From Azolla caroliniana (taxonomy: Eukaryota > Plantae > Polypodiophyta), in NCBI GenBank assembly GCA_043228905.1, contig JBHGNT010000008.1, positions 6,758,001 through 6,822,000 on the forward strand: a DNA stretch of 64,000 nt, written 5' to 3'. The notes under the pieces were generated by a model. The model had not been told where the DNA came from. It did no database searches and saw nothing but the letters and a program-made list of their open reading frames with translations. Both the position numbers and the translations under genes were made by a program. Positions 10,391 through 21,200 of this stretch are shown piece by piece (position 1 is the first letter of the stretch; every line of letters begins with the position of its first letter).

Positions 10391-13300
10391 ATGGACGAAT
10401 CGCTGGGAGGCATGTTCAAGCTCACAGGCTCCAACTATTTCGTGTGGAAGTCAAAGATGAGGGACATGCTCGTGGTTAAAGATCTTTGGTTGTCGGTTCA
10501 GTTCGGGGACAAGAGACCGGACAAAATCGATGCCACGATATGGGAGGTGATGAACATGAAGACAACGACGTACATACGGTGCTTCATCGACATGAACCTA
10601 TACAACAACTTCAATGATGAGAGCAAGGCTAATGAGCTCTGGGAGAAGATCGACATCATGTTTCAGAACAAAAATGTTGTTAACCAGGTTTCGGTATTCC
10701 GGAAGCTAGTAAGACTCCGGTACCAAGATGGCTCTAGCATGGCGGAGCACATGAATGCCTTCCAGGGGCTGATACACCAGGCAACATCATTGGAAGTTCC
10801 TCTCGCCCATGAGGTACTAGCGCTACTCCTGCTCGGTTCCCTCCCGGATAGCTGGGAGACGTTGGTTGTCACTTTGGGCAACGCCGGGCTAGAAGGGAAA
10901 CGGTTATCCCTAGCAAGAGTGAAGTCGAGCTTGCTAGATGAGGAGGCGCATCGGAAAGATAAGGATATGAGCTCCGACACCAAAGCGCTCCTTACCAAAT
11001 CAGAACGCGGAAGACAAAGGAACCGTAGTCCCCAGAACCGGGAGAAGTCGGGGACACGGTCAAAGTCAAGGGGGAGGCCTACTTGCTTCTATTGTGGAAA
11101 GCTGGGACACTTCCAGAAGAACTGTCGGCATTTTTGAAAAGACAAGGAAACCGACGGTACCGATTTGAAGCGGACACCGGACCTGAACGGTAAAGACAGA
11201 AGGGAGCCAGACCGGAAGGGAACAACGACAATTGCGACAAGTGAAGAAGAGTTGATGCTAATCACCGAGGAGAGTGAGCTAAACCTTGCCGGTGACGAGA
11301 TGACCTAGGTTGTCGACTCCGGAGCGTAGTTCCACCTTTCCCCGGACCGAAAAGGCTTCTCATCCTACTCAGCCGGTGATCACGGTTGTGTCCGGATGGG
11401 GAATGAAGGTACATGCCGAATAGTTGGGATAGGAGACGTGTGGTTGACAACGCCAACCGGATGCAAGCTGCTGCTGAAGGATGTCTGACATGTTCTGGAG
11501 GTTTGTCTGAACCTGATATCAGCCTGTCGGCTAGATGATGAAGGCTACACGGGTAGCATTCGGAATGGTGTTATGAAGTTCAGTAAAGGGAGCCTGATTG
11601 TGGCTCGGGCCAGGAAGGTAAACACGATGTACCTGATGAATGTCCGGTTATGTCCGGAGGAAGTGAACGTGGCATTCGACACTGCCGGTGAGCTGTGGCA
11701 CAAGAGGCTGTGTCACATGAGCGAGAAGGGAATGAAGAGGCTTGCAGAAGACAACCTCACTCCAGTGAAGAACATGCACTTGGAGAAGTGCACTGATTGT
11801 CTGGCCGGTAAACAAAACCGGACCTCCTTCCAAACGAGGCCACCGATGAGACGTAATGCACCACTGGAGTTGGTGCATACTGATGTATGTCAAGTGGACA
11901 CGAAGTCACATGCCAGATCGCAGTACTTCGTGATGTTCATAGATGACCACACCTGGAAGTTGTGGGCCACACCGTTGAAGACAAAGGATCAGGTGTTATC
12001 CGTCTTCAAAGAGCTCCATGCGAGAGTGGAAAGAGAAACCAGTCGGAAGCTGAAGGCAGTTCGAGTAGATAACAGAGGTGAATACCGGGGGCAGTTCGAG
12101 GAGTATTGTCGCTCAAAGGGAATCCAGCTCGAATTTACCGTGCCGAAGACGTCGGAACTAAACGGGCTGGCAGAGAGGATGAACCGAACCATAATGGAGA
12201 GGGTCCGGAGTATGCTGGCGCATGCAAAACTACCCAAGAAGTTTTGGGCTGAGGCACTGTCGACGGCGACATATGTGATAAAGAGATCACCCTCAGTACC
12301 CTTGGACGGAGACACGCCACAGAGAGTCTGGACCGGTAAGGAAGTGTCCTACCGGCATCTGAAGGTATTCAAGTGTCTTGCGTATGTGCATGTGGCTAAG
12401 AACCGGAGAGGAAAACTAGATCCGAAGACCCGACCATGCATATTCCTTGGTTACGGCGACGATGAGTTCGGCTACCGACTGTGGGACCTGGTCGACAAGA
12501 AGGTATTCTGGAGTCGAGATATTATCTTCATGGAGGACAAGACGCTCGTCGACTAGGAGTCAGAGAAGAAGATAATGAACTCTGAGTCGACCGGTAAGGA
12601 TCGACTCTACGATGAGCAGACCCAACCGGCAACAGACCGGTTAGCACTCGAGGAACCAACCGGTTACGGTGAGGATACCGAACCGGCAGAAGAAGAAGTA
12701 GAGGAAGCTGTAACCGGAACCGGCCAAGACCCCGAATCGGATTCGGTTGAAGAGCAAATGGAGGAGCCGGTTACCGAAGCCCAAAGACGGAGATATCCTC
12801 TTAGAGAGAGAAGGGCCCCCCGGAGATTTCCGGATGCAGAGCATGTGCTGCTAACCGATGAGGGGGAGCCAGAAAGCTTCGAAGAAGCGAAGGATGACAC
12901 CCACAGCCGCAAATGGTTAAGTGCCATGAAGGATGAGATGGATTCCCTGCATGAGAACCATACGTACGAATGTGTGGAGTTGCCGAAAGGAAAGCGGGCA
13001 CTCCGAAATAAGTGGGTGTACAAGTTGAAACTAGGAGATGCCGGCAACCCCCGAGATACAAAGACAGGATCGTGGTGAAGGGGTTCCAGTAGAAGAAGGG
13101 CGTGGAATTCGACGAGATATTTGCCCCGGTAGTAAAGATGACCTCCATCCGGACGGTGCTGAGTATAGCGGCAAGCATGGACCTCGAGGTAGAGCAACTA
13201 GACGTGAAGATGGCATTCCTTCACGGTGACCTCGAAGAGGAGATCTACATGCAGCAACCGGAAGGATTCGTGGAGAAAGGGAAGGAGCAACTGGTTTTTC

Positions 13301-14159
13301 GGTTGAAGAAGAGCATGTACGGACTGAAGCAGGCTCCCCGACAATGGTACCGGAAGTTCGACTCCTTCATGACCGATCAAGGGTACCACAAGACGCAGGC
13401 CGATCACTGCGTGTTTGTGAAGAAGTTCAAAGGAGGCGACTTCCTGAGACTCCTTCTGTACGTGGAAGACATGTTGATCGTCGGACAGGACCAAGCCAAA
13501 ATACGGATGCTGAAGAAGGCTCTAAACCGGACCTTCTCAATGAAAGACTTGGGTCCGGCAAGACAGATGTTGGGGATGCATATCATGCGGAACCGGCCAA
13601 CGAAGCAATTGTGGCTGTCACAGGAGAAGTACGTGATAAAGGTGCTTCAGCGGTTCAACATGTTAGGAGTGAAACCGGTCGAATCGACACTCCCGGAAAA
13701 TTGTAGATTGTCCGGTAAACAAAGCTAGAAGATGAAAGCAGAGAAGGATGATATGATGAAGGTTCCATATGCCTCTGTCGTCGGGAGCTTAATGTACGCA
13801 ATGGTGTGTACCCGACCACAGAGGCGGAGTACATGGAGGTTGTGGAAGCCGGCAAGGAAATATTATGGATGAAGGACTTCATCGGAGAGCTCGGTATCCG
13901 GCAAGATGAATACCGGCTTTATTACGACAGTCCAAGTGTCATCTACCTTGCTAAGAATGTGGCCTACCATTCCCGGACGAAGCATATCCAGCGTACGTAT
14001 CACTGGATCCGGGAAAGAGTAGATGACCAGGAGTTTGCGCCGACGAAGATCCACACGGCCGAGAACGGGTCAGATATGTTGACCAAAGTACTGACACCTG
14101 ACAAGCTGGATGCATGTTGGAAGCGGGTCGGACTAGTAAGACATCCCATGCCGGAGTGA
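10391..14159 (+). pseudogene. pol: Copia D gag-pol
   Basis: LTGSNYFVWK, LLLGSLPDSW, CFYCGKLGHFQKNC, VDSGA, LWHKRLCH, VHTDVCQ, NGLAERMNRT, LDVKMAFLHG, YGLKQAPRQW, TTEAEY, SDMLTK; stops, frameshifts and an RT/RH deletion near 13815. Confidence 0.92.
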
Positions 14160-14169
14160 AGGGGGAATT

Positions 14170-14795
14170 TGTTAGGAAATAGGTCCCTCCGGATGAGGAG
14201 TACCCAGCAACGGAAGACCCTGTGAGAACCGGATGAGTACCTAGAAACGGAAGACCCGGTGAGAACCGGATAATGAGTGCCCGGCAAGTGCCGGATGATG
14301 TAGGCCCGGTGAGGAGTGCTCACCGGATGAAGGGAGATATTCGTAAATATGTTTCTGAGAGTCCATCGGGGCTATATTTGTAAATAGCCGAAAAGTCATT
14401 TTAGTATAAATATGACTTAGGGCAAACTATTGTTGTTGTTGTTGTTGTCATTCTTGTTGGCGCAAGATTAGAGCGCAACAGTGTACAGTGTGAGAGAGAG
14501 AGAGAGAAAGAAACGAAGAGTTCGTATCTCTGTTGTAACCACCGCCTGTTGCGAAGATCGTGAGCACGAGGTTGTTGCCTCCATGAGCTCACTGTTGTTT
14601 TTATTGTTACATAGTGATAGTTTGCAATTTGTGGGCTGCCGTGGTTTTTCCCCTCGTTTGGGTTTTCCACGTTAACATCCTGTGTACTCTTCTCTCCATT
14701 GTGTCGTGCATTCATTCCCGTTTTTTTTTTCTGTGTTTGATTCTAAGCTTGTTTGTGGCCGAGCGTTGTTCATCGGGAGTGCGTAGTTCCTGTGA
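14170..14795 (+). repeat. 3' LTR of D
   Basis: Starts tgttagg after gaagggggaatt; colinear with the 5' LTR but has fewer 40-bp units. Confidence 0.9.
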
Positions 14796-14849
14796 ACATG
14801 ATCCTATCATCTGTACGTCTCGATCGCTGCCTATCCAATCCGTTCAGTC

Positions 14850-15294
14850 CGCGTCCAGCCTCGTCTGGTCGCCAGTTCCAATTTAATTACCGATTGGTTC
14901 CGGTTTGCTTACCGGTCGGTTCCAGTTTTCTTACCGACCATTTCCGTATTGCTTACCAACCGGTTCCGGTTTGCTTTCCGGTCGGTTCCAGTTTCCTTAC
15001 CGGCCGGTTGCGGATTGCTTTCCGATCGGTTCCAGTTTGCTTACCGACCGGTTCCTGATTGCTTATCGGCCGGTTCCATTTTATTGCTAGTCAGTTTTTG
15101 GGAACTTGGCCACATTCATCTATCTAGACAAAGTGGCCAAAGTGCTCTTAGCACAAATGAAAACTAAGGGATCTCAATGTCGGCCGGTTCCATTTTATTG
15201 CTAATCGGTTTTTGGGAACTTGGCCACATTCATCTATCTAGACAAAGTGGCCAAAGTGCTCTTAGCACAAATGAAAACTAAGGGATCTCAATGT
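14850..15294. repeat. Degenerate ccggttccagtttgctta repeats plus a 114-bp tandem duplication inside LTR E
   Basis: Short units 14890-15075; near-identical 114-bp units start at 15066 and 15180. Confidence 0.85.
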
Positions 15295-15462
15295 GCTTAT
15301 ATAGCCAGGGTCTTATGTTTCCTATCTATGTGGGATAAATTATAGTTCTGGTTTCCCTATCTTCTCAAACTTCATGTCCACCTATCTTGATATGTAGTTG
15401 TCCATTTTATTTTATTATTTTATTACATAGTTTTCATATCGTGTGTGAAAAACCACACGACA

Positions 15463-16626
15463 ACGACAATCACCTCGAGCCTAGCACTATCGTCTCCATA
15501 CTCTTTTAATTAAATGTGGATATAATAGACATAAAAGTGAACCAAATATCTACTTTAGAAAATCAGCATCTAAGTTCATCATATTAGGAGTCTATGTAGA
15601 TGACTTTCCCTTGTTATCAAATTCTCTATCTTATTTAAATTTGTGTAAACAAGAGTTTAAATCAGTATTTCCTATCACCGATCTTGGACCAATGAACTAT
15701 TTTCTAAGAATAGAAGTAAAAAGAAATACAAGACTAGGAAAAATATCACTCTCCCAATCTCACTACATCGATAATATTCTAAAACGTTTTGACATGGAAC
15801 ATTCCAAACCCATATCTACCCCACTTCCTACCACACTTAAGTTGTCCATTCAAGATAGCCCAAAATCACCCATAGAAGAAAATGAAATGAAAAATATTTC
15901 ATACAAACAAGTACTAGGTTCCATATGATATCTAGTTAGTAGCACTAGACCAGATCTATGCTTTAGTACTGGACTGTTATCACGCTTTATGACAAATCCC
16001 AGTCCTAAACATTGGAAAGTAGTTAAGAGAATCCTTCAATATCTTAAACATACTAAACATTTGTGTCTTACTTATCAATCCATGCATTCAGAATCGATCC
16101 AACCAAAATTGTGTGGATGGGCAAACCCCTCAACTAATCTTCATGGATGGACCGACTTCGATTGGGGAGGAGTTGTGGATGACAGAAAATCTACAAGTGG
16201 CTACTTTTACACCTTTGCCGGTGGAGCGATCGCATGGAGATCGAAGAAGCAAGCTACGGTTTCATTATCTTCAACAGAAGCAAAATATGTTGTTGCCACT
16301 CTAGCTGCAAAAGAAGGAATCTAGTTAAAGCTACACTGGAAGAACATAATTTTGCTAAAGAAAAACCAATAGAAATCTACTACGACAATCAGTCATGTTT
16401 AAAGCTCGCAAGCAACCCAAGAATTAGCGACAACATCCGTCACATATCTTTCAAGCACCATTTCTTAAGAGACATGATGGAAAAAAAGAAGATCAACATA
16501 AAGTTTACGCCAACAACTCTGATGTGGGTAGATTTCTTAACAAAGGCAGTAGCAAGTCACAAGCACTTACAATGTTGCAAAAACATTGGACTACTTAATC
16601 ACACACCTAGCAAAGATAAAAGCTAG
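15463..16626 (+). pseudogene. pol: Copia A pol, RT C-terminus and RNase H
   Basis: YVDD, ITDLGPMNYFL, TRPDL, KRILQYLK, DFDWGG, RKSTSG, SSTEAKY, DNQSC, DFLTK. Confidence 0.9.
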
Positions 16627-16655
16627 GAACTTAAATTATTTTCCTTAGGGAGGAG

Positions 16656-16891
16656 TGTTGGAAAATATAAGGAAAATAATATTATAAAATAAATAAATTG
16701 TAAGAATACAAGTATGATATGAAGAGTCATACCACGAATAGTTACAACTAAACGATTAAAGGACATACTTGTCCTATAAAGAGACATGCATACCTCTCTA
16801 CAGATTAGTAGAGAAAAGAAACAATTTCTGAATTAAAACAATTTTATCTCTCTATCTCTATCTCTATCTCCCTGTCTTAGTTATTTTTACA
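16656..16891 (+). repeat. 3' LTR of Copia A (right end approximate)
   Basis: Starts tgttgg right after PPT gggaggag; TATA ctataaa ~16774; ends ...tttttaca. Confidence 0.7.
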
Positions 16892-17026
16892 AGAAATGCT
16901 AGTGATGAAGACTCCAAGAAGCTCAATCTACCACCATGGCTGCATCAGGGATGAAGATGAAGGAGCTGCAGGGATTTGGAAGAGAAGAGAATGAGGTGGA
17001 GGTGAAGGATATGGAGATTCTTCTTA

Positions 17027-17683
17027 TCAGGCTTGGATGTTGCAGTCATGAGTGAAATGACCGTTCTCGCCGCACTTGAAGCACTCAATATGAACTACGA
17101 GATCCTCTATAGCCAGCTCCTTCATATCCACCACGCCTTCCACCGCCTCCTTTAGAGGAGGCTTCTATGGTCTCAAGCGAGATGGTCATTCTCTCCACAC
17201 GTATATCAAGCTCTCCTGCCTCTCCCTCCTCCATAACAACTACCTCCTCTTGCTCCTGCACTTTCTTCTATATTCCCCTTCTCCCCCGCCATAGCCATCG
17301 TCGTAACCCTCTCCACCATGGCTTCCACTAGCGCACCGCCATATCCACCATCAACATTGTATCCTTTGCCTCTACTACCGCCCCCACCGATTGCGGCCTC
17401 TACCTCCTCCGAACCCACCCGCTCCACGTCCACGTCCACGTCCACGTCCATCTCCTAGCACAAGCTCTCCTCTTTGCTCGGCCCGCTCACCTCCATGGCC
17501 TTGGGCCTTCTGTTCTCTTTTCGATCATGAACTCGTTACTCCACCTCCTCCCCTTCCGCCTTGGAGATATGGTGGAAGAAGAGGTCCTCGCTACCATCGT
17601 TAGTTAGGGAAGATGAAGTCATAGTCTTTGGTGCTATTGAACCACTTCACCTTGCCAAGTTTCTTAAGAGAAGCACTGGCCAT
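17027..17683 (-). pseudogene. CSP: Glycine-rich cold-shock-domain protein with two CCHC zinc knuckles (plant CSP/GRP2 type), intronless pseudogene
   Basis: MASASLKKLGKVKWFNSTKDYDFI..DGSEDLFFHH (CSD RNP1/RNP2), EEVE..KAMEVSGP, GRGRGRG/GGGG tract, knuckles YTCGENDHLA*DH and ECFKCGENGHFTHDC; frameshifts and stops. Confidence 0.85.
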
Positions 17684-17699
17684 GCCGAACTCACTTAGA

Positions 17700-17738
<39 letters not shown>

Positions 17739-17745
17739 AGGTTAT

Positions 17746-18155
17746 TGTTGAGCGGCAACCTCAACCAGATCCGGATCGGCATCCAAAAGGGTGAGCCGGT
17801 GAGCTGGGGAGCCGGTTAGCTGGACCAAGTAGTAACCGGAAACCAAGTAGCAGCTAGTCTACTAGGGAGTTAATATCTCGTAGTTAGTGTCAGACGGTCG
17901 TGTGAGCATTGAAGTACACCATACTTCTGTCAGTCCGGATGGACTTGTATAAAAGTGTTCACTGAACACATACGATGTATAAAAGTGTTCACTGAACACA
18001 TATGATGTATAAAAGTGTTCACTGAGTAGTATTTTTGAATTGAGTTTCTGTGTGCTCTCTCTCTCTCTGTCTCTCCCGCGTACTGTTAAGCTCTCCATTA
18101 AACCTATTTTCTGTTTTCTATTTTCTATTGCTTCCGCACGCTATTTGTTTCTACA
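17746..18155 (+). repeat. 5' LTR of F with triplicated TATA unit
   Basis: 30-bp unit tgtataaaagtgttcactgaacacatacga at 17946, 17976 and partial at 18006; single copy in the 3' LTR. Confidence 0.9.
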
Positions 18156-18253
18156 TGGTATCAGAGCGCGAGGGTTGAGAACCTCTGCAGCCGACATTCG
18201 CTTTCGCAAGAAGAAAACCTAACCTTTGTAAAGAACAGAAAAAAAAAAAACAA

Positions 18254-21200
18254 ATGGATAGAGGAATGGCTAGCTCGCTCCCGGTGGAGAAGCTCGACAG
18301 ATCCAACTACGCATCTTGGTCATACAAGGTGCACCAATACTTGCTTGGGCATGGTTACTAGAGCTATGCCGACGGAGCTAATGACATAGAACCTGATGCG
18401 GCACACAAGGACTTCCTGGTGTGGGAAGAATCGACAAGCAGAGTGATGTACTGCTTTGCGTAAAGTGTCAAAGACCAGCTGTTGAGCCACATTTGAGATG
18501 CCAAGACGCCGAAAAAGGCTTCGGGAAACTTGAAGAAGGTGTTCGCCGCAAGCACTACAGCCCGGAAGCTGCAACTCCGACAAGAGTTGAGCAATGTCCA
18601 ACAGAAGGACATGTCGGTGGCTGATTACACGACCCGATTCAAAGATATCTGTGACTCGCTTGCCTCTATCAACGTCACTGTAGAGGAAGACGAGATGGTA
18701 CAGGTCTGTCTTGGGGGCCTGGTTTCTATGTTCCGAGCTTTCCGAACAATAGTATGTACGAGGAAGAACCTGGTGTCGGTCGGACAGATCATCGACTAGG
18801 GAATGTAGGTGCGGTTTACGCACCTTGGGTGCTTCATCGAGGAGGAGGGCCAAATTATTGCACAAGGGTGTAGAGACGGGAGAATGTTCATCCTCGACAC
18901 CAATGACGTCTACACCGCTTTGTTCGCCAAAGGATAGAAGATTGAATCGGATATTGATCTCTGGCACAAGTGGATCGGCCACGTCAGTGGCTGGAAGGCC
19001 CAAGTATGTGAAGCCTGCCAACTCAGGAAGCAACATCGGCTTCCATTCCCCACCGAACGAAACCGTAGCCGTAACAAGCTCGACCTTATTCATTCAGATG
19101 TAAGAACGTGAGTCTTGGCGGGAGTCGATACTTCATCTCCTTCATCGACGACTATAGCCGGCACACATGGATCTACCTCATTGAGCGGAAGAGCAAAGTC
19201 TTCGACTATTTCTGGAACCTCCAAAGCATGGTGGAACAGGAATCAGAGAGGAAGATCAAGTGCCTGTGGTTAGATGGCGGAAAAGAATATTTTTCTAGCC
19301 AATTCAACAGTTATCTACAGCAAACAGGAATTCGGAGAGATTTCAGCTGCAGATACACACTGGAGCCAAACGGTGTGGCCGAAAGGAAGAACCGGTCGCT
19401 TGTCGACGCGGCAAGGGCAATGCTGGAAGAGAAGACCATGCCCCATTTCTACTGGGCGGAGGCAGTCCGGACGACCGTCTACATCCAAAACCGGATCGGT
19501 GACAAGGTGTCCGCGCATGAGCTGTATTTTGGGCGCAAGACGAACTTAAGACACCTTCGGATTTTCGGTAGCATAGCATATGTGCATGTGCTGGATGAGA
19601 AGCGGAGGAAGCTGGATGCAAAATCAGAGAAGTGCATCCTCGTCGGCTACTCACATGAGCAAAAGGGGTATAAGTGTTATAACCCCCAGACGAAGCAGGT
19701 CCAAGTTAGCTGCGATATTGAGTTTGATGAGACGACATCATGGTATGCCTTACCGGCTCTGATTTCCGACCCCGACCCGATAACTGGAGGATGAGGCTAG
19801 TGAGCCTGAACTGGTCCAGATAGAAGATGATGAATCCGGGACTCAAGAAGAGCGTCTGGAATCCGACCAGTCAGAAGAGGAACCGGCAAGTAGTGAAGAC
19901 TTTGTCGTGCTCTCCCCGTGCAAGGAACAAAGGAGACAGTTCACGCGGAAAGAGAAGGGGAAGAAGAAAATGCCGGATTATGAAACCGGTAATGATGAGT
20001 CGGATCAGAGTGGATCCGACTCCGGAAAGGAAAATAACGGTTCTTCGGTAGCGAGGACCGAAGCGGCCAAGAAAGGCCTCAAACCAGGTAACCGTGGGTT
20101 ACGCCGGTTAACCTGCCAAAAGGAACCTGTTAAGCGGTACGGGTACAATGAGTACATGGCGCACCAATATGCGTACATGACCAAGGTGGTGGAAGTGCGT
20201 GAGCCAAAGAGCTACGCAGAAGCGGCAAGGGATGCAAATTGGCGTGCCGCTATGGAGGAAGAGACGCGGGCACTTGATGCCAACAATACATGGGACCTAG
20301 TTGACCCTCCCCGTCACAGTAAACCGATCGGATGCAAGTGGGTGTACAAGGTAAAGTACAACGTCGACGGTTCAATTAATTGGTACAAGGCCCGGTTAGT
20401 GGCAAAGGGATATGCGCAGACCCACGAAATCGACTACGACGAGACCTTCACTCCGGTAGCGAAGATGACGACGGTTCGTGTGGTGCTAGCGGTTGTTATG
20501 GCAAGGGAGTGCCATCTTCACCAGATGGATGTGAAGAATGCATTTCTTCAAGGAGATCTAGAAGAAGAGGTCTTTATGACCCAACCTCCCGGTTTTCAGT
20601 CGGAGATGAACAAGTCGGTTGTATGGCAGCTGAAGAAGTCACTTTATGGCTTGAAGCAAGCCCCCCAAGCTTGGAATGTGAAGATTACGCACTAGTTGCG
20701 TAAGTTGGGGTTTGCGGCCTCCAAGTCCGACTCTTCGTTGTTCATCCGGCAAGGTTCAGACGGTCGGGTTTGCATCTTGCTGTATGTTGATGACCTAGTC
20801 ATCACCGGACCCGGACTCGATGAAATCAGACGAGTCAAGTCCCAGTTATCGGACGCATTTGAGATGAAGGACCTGGGGGACCTTCACTATTTCCTTGGGA
20901 TCGAGGTGATCTGAACCCCCGATGGCATATTGCTCTCACAAAGACAGTATGTGTTGAATATGTTGTACAAGTTCGACATGACGGAATGCCGCCCTATTTC
21001 TACACCCTTGGACCGGCAACAGAAGCTCCGTCCCAACTCCGGACCAGCGTGCGATGAGAAACGGTTCTGAAAAATTGTCGGAAGCCTTATATATTTTACC
21101 ATCACCCGACCCGACATCAGCTATCCGGTCGGTGTGATTAGCCAGTTCATGCAGAAGCCGACCGTCGAGCATCTTCAGTGCACACACCGAATACTGCGGT

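Larger units (their letters stand above)
9690..14795 (+). mobile_element. Ty1/Copia element D (Tnt1/Tork-like by protein motifs), decayed
   Basis: LTRs ~9690-10360 and 14170-14795; tRNA-iMet PBS tggtatcagagc 10364-10375; PPT before 14170; gag-pol 10391-14159. Outer termini degenerate, no clean 5-bp TSD. Confidence 0.92.
9313..15462 (-). mobile_element. Solo LTR E (TGTCG...CGACA, probably Gypsy) split by Copia D
   Basis: 4-bp TSD acga (9309-9312 / 15463-15466); removal restores host RT YGLRQSPRA; no internal coding sequence of its own; TATA at 15297-15303 on minus strand. Confidence 0.8.
1..16891 (+). mobile_element. Ty1/Copia LTR retrotransposon A (5' part outside window), decayed, interrupted by B and E/D
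   Basis: Copia domain order: gag (1-890), protease YFDTGA (~910), GAG-pre-integrase CEECILGK, integrase HNDLCGP/TDGGGE/PQQNGIVER, RT (CKWV, KARLVARGF, LDVQTAFL, YVDD at 15593-15604), RNase H (RKSTSG, SSTEAKY, DFLTK), PPT 16648-16655, 3' LTR. Reading frames rejoin across both insertions. Confidence 0.93.

Noticed and set aside
18320-19093. Long antisense ORFs (18320..19093, 60409..60987, 12664..13197, 46528..46995)
   Set aside because: Shadow frames of GC-rich retrotransposon coding strands with no independent motifs.
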